A stretch of DNA of 64,000 nt from contig CM075992.1 in NCBI GenBank assembly GCA_038087875.1, positions 4,218,001 to 4,282,000 on the forward strand. The letters run 5' to 3'. Positions 50,651-62,808 of this stretch are shown here, piece by piece. Every line of letters begins with the position of its first letter. Position 1 is the first letter of the stretch. The notes under the pieces were generated by a model, which saw only the letters and a program-made list of their open reading frames with translations, was not told the DNA's origin and searched no databases. The translations under genes and the position numbers were made by a program. The stretch comes from Malacoraja senta. Its lineage: Eukaryota.

Positions 50651-51554
50651 GTCAGTAGTAACTGCTGCTCATTGTAAACAAGGCAAGGGTCACTGATTGA
50701 TCACAGGACCTTTGACAAACAGGCCCTGAAGCATGGGCAGCTTACAACCCAATGATATGAATATTGATTTATTTAACTTCAAGTAACGCCGGCATGCCCT
50801 CTCCCCATCCCTCCCCCACCCAAGTCATACCACCTTCTCGTTTTCACCCAACAAACAGCTAACAATGGCCTGTATCCTTTATCATCGTTACGTTTTTGCA
50901 TATCTTTCATTCATTGTACAATATCTCTCTACATACACCATCGTCCGTATCTCTCGTTTCCCTTTCCACCGACTTTCAGTCCGAAGAAGGGTCTCGACCT
51001 GAAACGTTGCCCATTCCTGCTCTCCAGAGCTGCTGCCTGTCCCGCTGAGTTACTCCAGCTGTTTCTGCCTATCTTCGGTTTAAACCAGTATCCGCAGTTC
51101 CTTCCTGCACGAGGCCAATGGTAAGGTCTGCTATGGTCTTATGCACAATTAAAAATGCACTAATGCCCATTGAAAAAGCACCGACATCAACCACTCGGTT
51201 ACACTAATTGCTGGGCCAAAAAGGAAAGGCCACGTGGAATTGGTGTTCCAAGTTTAGTTTAGTTTAGAGATACAGCACGGCCCACCGAGTCCACGCCGAC
51301 CAGCGATCCCCATACGCTAGCACTATCCCACACACTAGGCACAATTTTACAACTTTACCAAAGCCAATTAACCTACAAACCTGTATGTCTTTGGAGTGTG
51401 TGAGGAAACCGGAGCACCCGGAGCAACACCCACTTGGTCACAGGGAGAACGTACAAACTCTACACAGACAGCACCCGTAGCTAGGATCGAACCCCGGGTC
51501 TCGGGCGCTGTGAGGTAGCAACTCTACCGCTGTGCATCTGTGGCCACCCCGTAA

Positions 51555-52268
51555 CGTACCAAGCTCTCTGCGCATCCCTCTACAATTGGACCCTCGACTT
51601 CCTCATCCACAGACTGTCTGTATTGGTGGAAATGTGTCATCCTCGATAACAATCAGCACGGGAGCACCTCAAGGCTGCGTGCTCAGCCCTCTGCTTTACT
51701 CACTCTATACTCATGACTGCATAGCCGGACATAGTGCGAACTCCATCATCAAGTTCGCCGACGACACCACTGTGGTGGGACGAATCACTGATGGGGACGA
51801 GTCAGAGTATAGAAGTGAGATCGATCGATTGACCAAATGGTGCCTGCACAATAACCTGGCTCTCAACACCAGCAAAACCAAGGAACTGATTGTGGACTTT
51901 GGAAGGGGTAGGATAGGGACCCACAAGCCCGTTTATATCAACGGGACGATGGTGGAAAGAGTCAAGAACTTCAAATTCCTGGGCATGCATATTTCCGAAG
52001 ATCTTTCCAGGTCCAAGCACACTGATGCATTTATAAAGAAAGCACATCAGCGCCTCTACTTCCTGAGAAGATTACGGAGAGTCGGTATGTCGAGGAGGAC
52101 TCTCTCGAACTTCTACAGGTGCACAGTAGAGAGCATGCTGACTGGTTGCATCGTGGCCTGGTTTGGCAACTTGAGCGTCCATGAGCGGAAAAGAATGCAG
52201 AGAGCTGTGACCACTGCCCAGTCCATCATCGGCTCTGACCTCCCTACCATCGAAGGGATCTATCGCAC
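51555..52268 (+). mobile_element. Rex1/Babar-clade LINE RT fragment
   Basis: STGAPQGCVLSPLLYSLYTHDC, IIKFADDTTVVG, KKAHQRLYFLRRL. Related fragments at about 28230-28660, 32580-33270, 41660-42140, 44615-44870 and 54770-54990. Confidence 0.85.
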
Positions 52269-53664
52269 TCAAAAAGGCAGCATCTCTGGGTAGTAACTCT
52301 CTTGACTTGACTTGACTTGACTAGACTAATGGGCAATTTATTCAAGCTGGTGCACACCAGGAGACCAGTCAAAGCTGATCTGCCAAGTGCAACTGTGGTA
52401 CGGTTTTTATATTCTCAGATGACAAGATTACGCAGAACATGGTTAACACTAAAACTAAGTCTTGATTACAACCTGAAACGTCACCCATTCCTTCTACCCA
52501 GAGATGCTGCCTGTCCCACTGAGTGACTCCAGCCTTTTGTGTCTATCTTCAAGGTAACCAAAGGCTTGGTTGGTTATGAGGAACCATTCATAGCAACAAG
52601 GCCCATTACAGCTGCTGACCTTCCCACCAACAAAGAGATCAACAAGGAGCACTGCTTTTACCTAATATTATTTTTATATTTCTCCTTAAGTTATGGATGC
52701 AATATTTTTCCTTTTGGAATTTTGTGTCTTAAGAAAATATATGAATATTATTTCTTCACATGCCTTCATTTTCAGTAGCGAGAGCACACTTCCTCAATAG
52801 TAAAGGGAGTTTGGAAGATATTGGAAGGATCGCTCTCTATTAGTAGTCATCCCATTCAAACTAAAGACTGATAACAGATGAGGATCAACTAACTGATGTC
52901 CTATTGATACTGTTTGTTCATTCCAGGCCTTGGATCATTGTTAGACACAAAGCGCTGACTCAGTGGATAAGACAGCATCTCTGGAGAAAGAGGATGGGGA
53001 TGTTTCAGGTAGGGACCCTTCCTCAGACTTCATTGATGATTAGATCATTGACGTCGAGCTTGACATTAAACATGGAGCAAGACTGATTGAAGTCAAAGGC
53101 ATCGAAAATGCTTCCATACACAAAAGAACACTTTAAAAATTGATCCAGCAATATTTCAACCGTGAGCAGAGCCTTTGCCAAGGAATGCGTATTCATAGTA
53201 CGTTGCAAGTTGAGTTCAAGGATACGGCCTATTAAATTCATATCAATACCGTATATATGGATCACGAAGAGATTGCAGAAGGTGCTGCTTTGTTGACCCT
53301 CATTGTCTTTGCTGGGTCCTCCCTGATAAAGATGTCTGCACGAACGGTGCTCATGCCTGATAAAAGCACGACTGACAAACTCTGCAAGGAAGGAATTGAA
53401 CTAAAGTCGGAACGATGGCTCTCACTGCAAGAGCAGGTCAGAGGGTGGGCATCCTGCTGCAAATGACTGCGGACTTCCCAGAGCAATTCCACCAACTCCC
53501 AGACACCAGTCTGGAATGCGGTCACAGGTCATAAGTTATAGGAGTTATCCTCCTCGTCCTCCTGAGTTGCAAGGAATAAAGTCCCAGCCTACTCAACCTG
53601 GAGTGGTGCAAAAGTAATTTAAAGTGCAACAATGGGACAATGAAACAATGAAATGAAATTAAGT

Positions 53665-54125
53665 TAGTAGTAGTAGCCCCTCTCCTCGGTCATGACTGAC
53701 CATGGGTGATACATCCTAGTTTGCAGGTGATGTGTGGTCGGATGCAAGCCTGGACGATCGATGTCATATGGAGGACAGGCTGTTGCCCATGCAGCACGTC
53801 CCCCCTCTCCACGTCGCTGATCGATCCAAAGGAACAGCAGGGCCGTTACAGTTTGGCACCAGCGCCGTCGCAGGAGCTGCCAGAGTGGGGTTGTAGACAA
53901 CGACGAACTGCCTTAGCGGCTCCGACTCTGGATTTTCTTGAGGTTTACTCCAGGAGCCTTTTCCATGACTGGATATGGCCACAAGGCAGTGGAGGTTTTA
54001 AATCAGCGTTTTCCCTCTCCTAGATGGACTGCCTTCCCAGGCTGACGAGCCCCATCTGCCCGAGACTCGTGGGGGCGGGAGCGTCTACCTTCCCGTGCAG
54101 GTCTATAGCACCTGCCCACTGCCCA
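53665..54125 (-). mobile_element. Non-autonomous RTE-derived short element
   Basis: RTE-5'UTR-like GGCTCGTCAGCCTGGGAAGGCAGTCCATCTAGGAGAGGGAAAAC, (CTA)n tail, 15 bp TSD gaaatgaa(a/g)ttaagt (53650-53664, 54126-54140). Confidence 0.75.
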
Positions 54126-54442
54126 GAAATGAAGTTAAGTGTAAGAGTGTATGGCGGCAACACGAAGGGGAGTGAGGGGTGGGGTGAAAAAATGGATGAT
54201 TGGGCAAGCGTCATATAGCATTGAGTGTTGGGTGCGGACATCCGAGCAATCAAGCTTCTGCATCTTCTCCAACAAGGTAGAAGAGAGGAGGTGGACTGGA
54301 GGGGCTCCAGGCATCCTTGATGATACATCCAGCCTTCCTCCCATGACACAACATGAAGATGGACTGGATGGAAGGAAGTGACAAGCTTGTGATGAACTGG
54401 GCTGTGTTCACTACTCTCTGCAGGTTCAGGTGGACAAGACCA

Positions 54443-54767
54443 GTGGCGGCACTGTGGCATAGCTGGTAGAGCCGCTGCCTCACAGGGCCAGAGTCCCAGG
54501 TTCGATCCTGAACTTGGGCACTGTCTGTGTGGAGTTTGCACGTTCTACCTGTGACTGCGTGGGTTTCATCCACGTGCTCCGGTTTCCTCCCACATCCCAA
54601 AGACGTGCGAGTTCGTAGGTTAATTGGCCTCTGTAAATTTCCATAGCGTGTTGAGAGTGGATGGGAAAGTGGGGTAACATCAAACCCCATGTGAATGGGT
54701 GATCGATGGTCAGCATGGGACTTGGTGGGCCGAAGGGCCTGTTTCCATGCTGTATCTCTAAACTAAA
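54443..54767 (+). mobile_element. V-SINE (HE1-like), second subfamily
   Basis: Same head, V domain and tail, with a different post-V segment. Confidence 0.8.
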
Positions 54768-57028
54768 CCAAGCAGAGCAGTTGCCATACCAGGCTGAGAC
54801 AAGTCCCACCAGAATACTTTCTGTAAAGCATCTGTAGAAGTTCGAGACAATCCTTCTGGATATGCTGAATCTTCTTAGACTCCTAAGAAAGTAAATATCC
54901 TGATGTGCTTTCTTCAACATTGCATCAGAGTGAAGGGACCAGGTCAGGTTGCTGATGATATAGATGTGTAGGAGCACAAAGCTGTTACCCGTCATCTCTG
55001 CGGATGTGGCAATAAGGACAAGGTTGTTTCCTCAGGTCACCAAACAGCTGAGCAAAGAAGGGTCTCGACCCGAAACGCCACCTATTCCATTTCAACAGAG
55101 ATGCTGTCTGTCCCGCGGAGTTACTCCAGCACTTTGTGTCACTCTTCTATCTTGTTGACATTGAGGGTTAGGTTGTCCTGACACCTTGACGCAAGGCTCT
55201 CGATCCGTTTCCTGTTGTTCACCTCATCATTGCTGTTGATCCAGCCGACAACAACGGTACCATCGGTGAACTTAACGATCGAGTTGGCGCTGTCCCTGGT
55301 CGACTTTCACACACTCATCCAAAAACCCTGCGGAGCCAAAGAAAAAACCCCATTGTTCTTGAGGCGTGGTGTTACTGTAATTGTGGGGGAAGCAGAAGCT
55401 CATTTGCCAAGACTGATGCACAAAGTTCAATAAAGAATATGTAAATTGATAACCAATCTCGCAAAGGCAAAGGTATTGATCGATGATGTCAATGTGCACT
55501 GTCTACACAATGATCGATCAAAGTGTTTGACCTTGGGTTTATTGACTTAAGGCTGTTGCCAATTGCTTTCCATGGGGTGCCATAATCCAAAGTGCACATT
55601 TATCAGTCAGCAATATCATTGGTGCTTTGAAGATCATACTATGCTTCACCCTCGATTGCAATCTCTCTTGTTTTGTTTATTAGGCTGGGACATGTCATGT
55701 TTGCTTTCGACTTCTGTAAGTTTCCAAACAAATCATCTTCCTGCAGCTATGGTATATAGTCATACAGTCATGGAGTCATAGGGTCTTACAGCATGGAAAC
55801 AGGTCCTTCAGCCCAACTTGCCCACACCACCCAACGTGTCCCCATCTACACTAGTCCCACCTGCCTGCATTTAGACAATAGACAATAGGCAATAGACAAT
55901 AGGTGCAGGAGTAGGCCATTTGGCCCTTCGAGCCAGCACCGCCATTCAATGTGATCATGGCTGATCACCCCCAATCAGTACCCCGTTCCTGCCTTCTCCC
56001 CATATCCCTGACTCCGCTATTTTTAAGAGCCCTATCTAGCTCTCTCTTGAAAGAATCCAGAGAACCTGCCTCCACCAGAGAATTCCACACTCACCACTCT
56101 CTGTGAGAAAATGTGTTTCCTCGTCTCCGTTCTAAATGGCTTACTCCTTATTCTTAAACTGTGGCCCCTGGTTCTGGACTCCCCCAACATCGGGAACATG
56201 TTTCCTGCCTCTAGCGTGTCCAAGCCCTTAACAATCTTATATGTTTCAATGAGATATCCTCTCATCCTTCTAAACACCAGAGTGTACAAGCATTTGGCCC
56301 CTATACCTGTCCTATACTGGAGTGTGTGTACTGGTAATCAATCACAATCTCCTTTGTCTTGCTGACATTGAGGGAGAGGTTGTAGTCTCGGCACCAGGTT
56401 ACGAGGTTCATGTAAGGTGTGGTAGGAAAGTACGTTCGTTCCTTTCAAGATTCCAAGGTTCCAATTATTGCCCAGCTTTATGAGATAGCTGTAAATGAAA
56501 GATCACAATTGCAATTGTATTGTGTATAATGACCGAACCAGCACTTCTTACATAAGTATTTGGAGTCACGGAGCGATACAACATGTAAACAGAACCTGTG
56601 GCCAACTTGCCCAAGCTGACCAAGGTGCCCATCTACCCTAGTCCCCACCTGCTCGTATTTGGCCCATATCCTTCTAAACCTTCTAAACCTATCTTAATGT
56701 ATTTTAAATGTTACCTGCCTCAACTACTACCTTTGGCACTTGCAGCGCCAGAGACCCAGGTTCGACCCCGACTACGGGTGCTGTCAGTACGGAGTTTTGT
56801 AAGTTCTCCCGTGACCACGTGGGTTTTCTCCGAGATCTTCGGTTTCCTCCCACACTCCCAAGGCGTACAGGTATGTAGGTAAATTGGCTTGGTAAATGTA
56901 ACAATTGTCCCTAGTGTGTGTAGGATAGTGTTAACACGCGGGGATCGCTGGTCGGCACGGACCCGGTGGGCCGAAGGGCCCGTTTCCGTGCTGTATCTCT
57001 AAATTAAACCAAATAAAACTATAACAAC

Positions 57029-57157
57029 TGAAGTCTGAAGAAGGGTTTCGGCCCGAAACGTTACCTATTTCCTTCGCTCCATAGATGCTGCTGCACCCGC
57101 TGAGTTTCTCCAGCATTTTTGTGTACCTTCGATTTCCAGCATCTGCAGTTCCTTCTT
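57029..57157 (+). mobile_element. Mini-PLE insertion
   Basis: 15 bp TSD taaaactataacaac (57014-57028, 57158-57172); hammerhead-like motif 57035-57062. Confidence 0.88.
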
Positions 57158-57570
57158 TAAAACTATAACAACGTTGCAGCAAGTCAGAATTTCATAGTTC
57201 CTGTTCTGGTGCATGTGACAATTGAACACTCTTGACACTCTATATCACAAGCCAAAGCTACATCCCCCCTTGTCATCGCAGGACACTTCCAAAGTGGCGC
57301 AATGATTTCTAAATGCCTCATCCCTCAGCTGAAAATGGTGGTCCACCAGTTCACTAGCCTGCGCTTTCAACCAATTGATATGGAGTCTGTTGAACCTATT
57401 TGGTAGCTGGCAGGGTCAAGATCAAGTGGACAAGCTTAGTGGAGAGTTCAGCTGCCCAGTGAGTTGGTGGAAATTTCATGTCAAGTTTATGAGTTCCCAG
57501 ATACACTCATTATTAATATTTATTTTACTGTCTGATCCCTGCATTTTGTAATCCAGGCTGGGGGGAACAC

Positions 57571-58480
57571 AAGGTAGACAAAAATGCTGGAGAAACTCAG
57601 CGGGTGAGGCAGCATCTATGGAGTGAAGGAAATAGGCAAAGTTTTGGGTCGAGACCCTTCTTCAGACTGATGTGAGGGTGGAGGGGGGGGAAGACGAAAG
57701 GAAGAGGTGGAGCCAGTGGGCTGAGGGAGAGCTGAGAAGGGGAAGAGAAAGTAGGACTACCTGAAATTAGAGAAGTCAATGTTCATACCACTGGGGTGCA
57801 AACTGCCCAAGCGAACATGAGGTGCTGCTCCTCCAATTTATGGTGGGACTCACTCTGGCCATGGAGGAGGCCCAGGACAGAAAGGTCAGATTGGGAACGG
57901 GAGGGGGAGTTGAAGTGCTGAGCCACCGGGAGATCAGGTTGGTTATTGCAAACTGAGCGGAGGTGTTGGGCGAAGCGATCGCCAAGCCTGAGCTTGGTCT
58001 CACCGATGTAGAGCAGCTGACACCTAGAGCAGCGGATGCAATAGATGAGGTTGGAGGACGTGCAGGTGAACCTCTGCCACACCTGGAAAGACACATATCA
58101 TTGGAAAGATGCTGAGTAGACTCAGAAACATTGAATTCTCCAATATTATGTAATGTTTACAACCTCCACCCCCCCCCCCCTTCCATTTTCTCCCCCTATC
58201 TTTTCCCTGCCCCATCCCCTGGGCCCCACCTCCTCCCCACCTGGACTTGCACCCATTTCACCCCACCCCCTCCTCTTCCACCTCCTCCGCCAGGCACATT
58301 CCTTCCTCTGGCCTCACATTTGCCACTCTTCAATCCCTTTGTCTCACACCCTCAGTTTTAATCTCTGACCTCTGTTCAACCATCTGCCTATCTCCACCCT
58401 TACCTGTGCCTACCTATCACCTGCCAGCTTTCCTCACCCTCCATCCTGACAATCCCGTCCCGAAACGTCATCTATCCATG
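57571..58480 (-). mobile_element. Penelope-like element 3' fragment with adjoining inverted segment
   Basis: 57776-58096 encodes FTCTSSNLIYCIRCSRCQLLYIGETK (GIY-YIG); 58105-58480 resembles the PLE 3' UTR in the opposite orientation. Confidence 0.8.
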
Positions 58481-59932
58481 TATTGATCAATTCAATTTAC
58501 AGATACAGTCTTTCGGCCCACCGAGTCCGCGCCGACCAGCGATCCCCGCACAGTAACACTATCCTACACACAGTGGGGACAATTTTTACATTTTTACCAA
58601 GGCAATGAACCTACAAACCTGCACATCTTTGGAATGTGGGAGGAAACTGGAGCTCCTGGAGAAAACCCACGCAGGTCACGGGGAGAACGTGCAAACTCCG
58701 TTCAGACAGCATTGAACACGGGTGTCTGGCGCTGTCAGGCAGCAGCTCTACCGCTCCGCCACCGTGCCGCCTTATAAATGCGTTCAATAAATTCATGTTT
58801 AGCTCGCGCAAAGAAGGATGGACTTCTTTATTAGAAGGGTCATTAGCAGAAGAGCCCAGCAACTCAATAGTGCAGGCTGTTCATATCAGCTTGCTCCCTC
58901 ATAACTCCCTCTTAACTTCCCCAAACCCATCAAATCATTTAACTTTCAGGAAGATCGGAAATTGAAGTAGGAAGAGTTTTTCACACAAAGGGTGGTGGGT
59001 GTGTGGAACGAGCTGCTAGAGGAGGTAGTTGAGGAACGAGTCGCCGCTAATTTTTCAACATGAAGATTTTTCAACATGTTGAAAAATTTGCGCCGACCAC
59101 AATGAGGCCGCGACCAGTTCCCAGAATGCGGGAACTCCTCACGACCATGAAGGCCACTCCCCGGCAACCACCCCCGGACATGTGACGACCATGTGGCGAC
59201 TGCATAGTTCAATTAGTTCAATTCGAGAACCAGAAGACTCTCTAAGTTTTATCTCTAAACCTCAACCCTTTGCAGTAACAGCAGTGAATAGCAATGCAAT
59301 CCGTTCATGGAACATAGCACTGTACAGCACTGGAACAGGCCCTTCAGCCCACAATGTCTGTGCTGAACATGATGCCAAGATAAACTAATCTGATCGACCA
59401 ACGCATGAATTCAGCATCCTGTCACTTGCACCATTTGCAGCTAACAGCTACCCATTTTAAATGCCTTTTTACACAGAGGGTGGTGGGTGCCTGGAACACG
59501 CAGCCGGGGGTGGTGGTTGTCGCAGGTATGATAGTGACGTTTAAGAAGCTTTGGTATAAGCATGCGGAAATGCAGGGAATGCTGCATTCCCTCAGCTCAC
59601 CTCACGCTGCCTCGGCAAGGCCAGCAGCATAATCAAGGACGAGTCGCACCCTGGCCACTCCCTCTTCTCCCCTCTCCCATCGGGCAAAAGGTATAAAAGT
59701 GTAAAAACACACACCTCCAGATTCAGAAACAGTTTCTTCCCAGCTGTTATCAGGCAATTGAATCATCCTACCACAACCAGAGAGCAGTGCTGAACTACTA
59801 TCTACCTCTTTGGTGACCCTCGGAGTATCCTTGATCGGACTTTGCTGGCTTTACCTTGCACTAAACATTATTCCTTATCATGTAGCTATGCACTGTAATG
59901 GCTCGATTGTAATCATGTATTATCTTTCTACT

Positions 59933-60073
59933 GGGGTAGGAGATTGCAACCTTCACGTGGTCCGCCCTGTTTCGACGAATGCAATCAACCCAGCGTGCAC
60001 TATCAAATAAGATCAAATAGAACAAGTTGTCCTACAACTTTAGGCTGTGCACGCCATACGCAAGAAGAAGAAG
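59933..60073 (+). mobile_element. Short retroposon family A
   Basis: Ribozyme fold 59933-59986 with one P1 mismatch; tail aagaagaagaag; TSD atctttctact (59922-59932, 60074-60084). Confidence 0.9.
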
Positions 60074-62494
60074 ATCTTTCTACTGACTGGTTAGCACGCA
60101 ACAAAAGCTTTTCACTGTACCTCGGTACACATGATAATAAACTGAACTGGAGGAGTGTGGATCATTTGCAGGCAGTCAGAGATGGTACAGGCATCAAGTT
60201 GGGGAAGTCCAGAACAAGGGGTCACAGTTTAAGGATAAGGGGGAAGTATTTTAGGACCGAGAGGAGAAAATCATTTTTCACACAGAGAGTGGTGAATCTG
60301 TGGAATTCTCTGCCACAGAAGATAGTTGAGGCCAGTTCATTGGCTATATTTAAGAGGGAGTTAGATGAGGCCCTTGTAGCTAAAGGGATCAGGGGGTATG
60401 GAGAGAAGGCAGGTACAGAATACTGAGTTGGATGATCAGCCATGATCATATTGAATTGCGGTGCAGGCTCGAAGGGCCGAATGGCCTACTCCTGCACCTA
60501 TTTTCTATGTTTCTATGTTTCTATGTAAGTTCGGCACAGACATTGTGGGCCGAAGGGCCTGTTCTTGTGCTGTACTGTTCTACCTTCCATGTTCCCTGTC
60601 CCATGTTCTGCGTGACGGAACTGGCGATTCAGCAACATTAACGATCCGCGTTGATTCTTGGAAGATACGCAACCCCTTTGCTTTCAAAGCTCAATCGACA
60701 ACCTGGTGAAAGAGTTACTGAAAAATAGAATTCTTTACCCAAGGAATGAAGTCCTGCTGATCCCATTCCTCGGAATCAAGTTAATCATTTTTCTCTCTCA
60801 TCGCTATCAGTCAACAACCCCTTATCTTTTATTTGTCTTTCACACACACACAAGGATTGCATATGAATCTGCGCTCGCTTGATGTGCTTTAGCGACTGGG
60901 ACTTAGTAAGAGGTTATGGGCCTGATCCTCATTTGACTGCAGAGCCTATTGCAAGGTGGAGTTACCATTTTTACTACATCTCAGCAATCAGAGTGTGGGC
61001 AAAGTCCAGATTGCACATTATACACGAGAAGGAGTCAGTTATATTCCTTCCATTCGGCACAGCGGGATCCTTTCTGCGCCAGAAAAGAAATGTTTTTGGG
61101 CTTGCTCTGCGTGTGATGTGAGGATCTGACTGGAAAAACCATGTCGGCCTGTGTGGTTGGAGCAGTTTATCGACCTTCATCGATAGAGCACTCTTTTAAT
61201 GCAAGTGAGTAGACGTGTCTGTTGCCGGGAAGTCTAGTGTGAGCTGGGAGGGCTATATTAGCGGGTCAAAACACAGGTAAATGGGCCAAGCTTAGATTGG
61301 GCGTTTTGGTTGGCATGGACGAGATGGGCCGAAGGGCCCGTTTCCACTCTGCATGATTCTATGACTATATCGGGGAAAGTTAAAAGTTGTTCTGCATACC
61401 TTGTGCTCTGCTCAAATCTGTGATTTAATGGCTTCGATTCTGATGAGTTGGGTGACTTGGCAAAGATTAGTTGTAGTTTAGTTAGTTTAGAGATACAGGA
61501 TGGAAACAGGCCCTTCAGCCCACCATCCATGCCAACCAATGATCACCCTGTACCCAAGCTCTATCCTACACATGAAGGACAATGTATTGGGATGGTTATT
61601 GGGACGGTTTCCCTCCCACACTCCTAAGACATACAGGTTTTGTAGGTTAATTGGCTTCGATAAAATTGTAAATTGTCCCTAGTGTGTAGGATAATGCTAG
61701 TGTGCGGGGATCGCTGGTCGGTGCAGACTCGGTGGGCCGAAGGGCCTGTTTCCACGCTGTATCTCTAAACTAAACTCAACTAAAAACGTTCAGTGTATTT
61801 GATGTAAAGGGTGGGATCTGACAGGTAAGGCCTGAAGATCTGAGTTTACTACTCTGACCAGATGATGTGAAGCACATTCTTGAACTGTTGCAGTCCCACT
61901 GGTGAATCTTGCTGAGAAGGAAGTTTCAGACTTTAAAACCCAGCAATGATAAAGGAATGATGAGAGAGAGTCATACAGCGTGAAAACAGGCCGTTTGGCT
62001 CAACTAGCCCACACCGACCAACAAGCCCCAGAGATCTGTACACAACACAGCAAGGGGTTTCATTATCATAGTCATAGTGATACAGTATGGAAACAGGTCC
62101 TTTGGCCCAACTTTCCCACACCAAACAACAGGTCCCAGCTACACTAGTCCCACCTGCCTGCGCTTGGTCCATATCCCTCCAAACCTGTCCTATCCATGTA
62201 CCTGTCCAACTGCTTCTTAAATGTTGGGATAGTCCCAGCCTCAACTACCTCCTCTGGCAGCTCGTTCCATACACACACCACCCTCTGTGTGATTACAATT
62301 AGCAAAGAGTGCACTATATGCCAATTCTGTTAATGGGCCATTAGACTTGAAAGAATAACTCATATTCTCTCTCCAAGATGCTGGCCAACACTATGAGTAT
62401 TTCTAGCACTTTCAGCTTTCACTAGAGTATCCAAGGCCTTGGTTCAATGTGCCATCTGAATGCCGACAGTGTGAAAGACCCATCCTTTTTTTTT

Positions 62495-62808
62495 TAGTTT
62501 AGTTTAGTTTAGAGATACAGTGCGGAAACAGGCCTTTCGGCCCACCGAGTCCGCACCGACCAGTGGTCGCCATATACTAACATTATCTTACACACACGAT
62601 GGACAATTCACAATTCACAGAAACCGAATTAGCCTACAAATCTGCAGGTCTTTGGAGTGTGGGAGGAAACCGAAGATCTCGGAGAAAACCCAAACAGTCA
62701 TGGGGAGAACGTGCAAACTCCGTACAGACAGCACCTGTAGTCAGGATCGAACCCGGGTCTCCGGCACTGCAATGCAGCAACTCTACCGCTGCACCACCCT
62801 GCCGCCCC
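62495..62808 (-). mobile_element. V-SINE (HE1-like)
   Basis: (TTTAG)n tail on the + strand, head ending ccctgccgccc. Confidence 0.85.

Noticed and set aside
55299..55550. Protein-looking frames in non-repeat patches (also about 58780-58960, 60610-60880, 63378-63560)
   Set aside because: Short, with no motifs or splice support; not distinguishable from chance without a search
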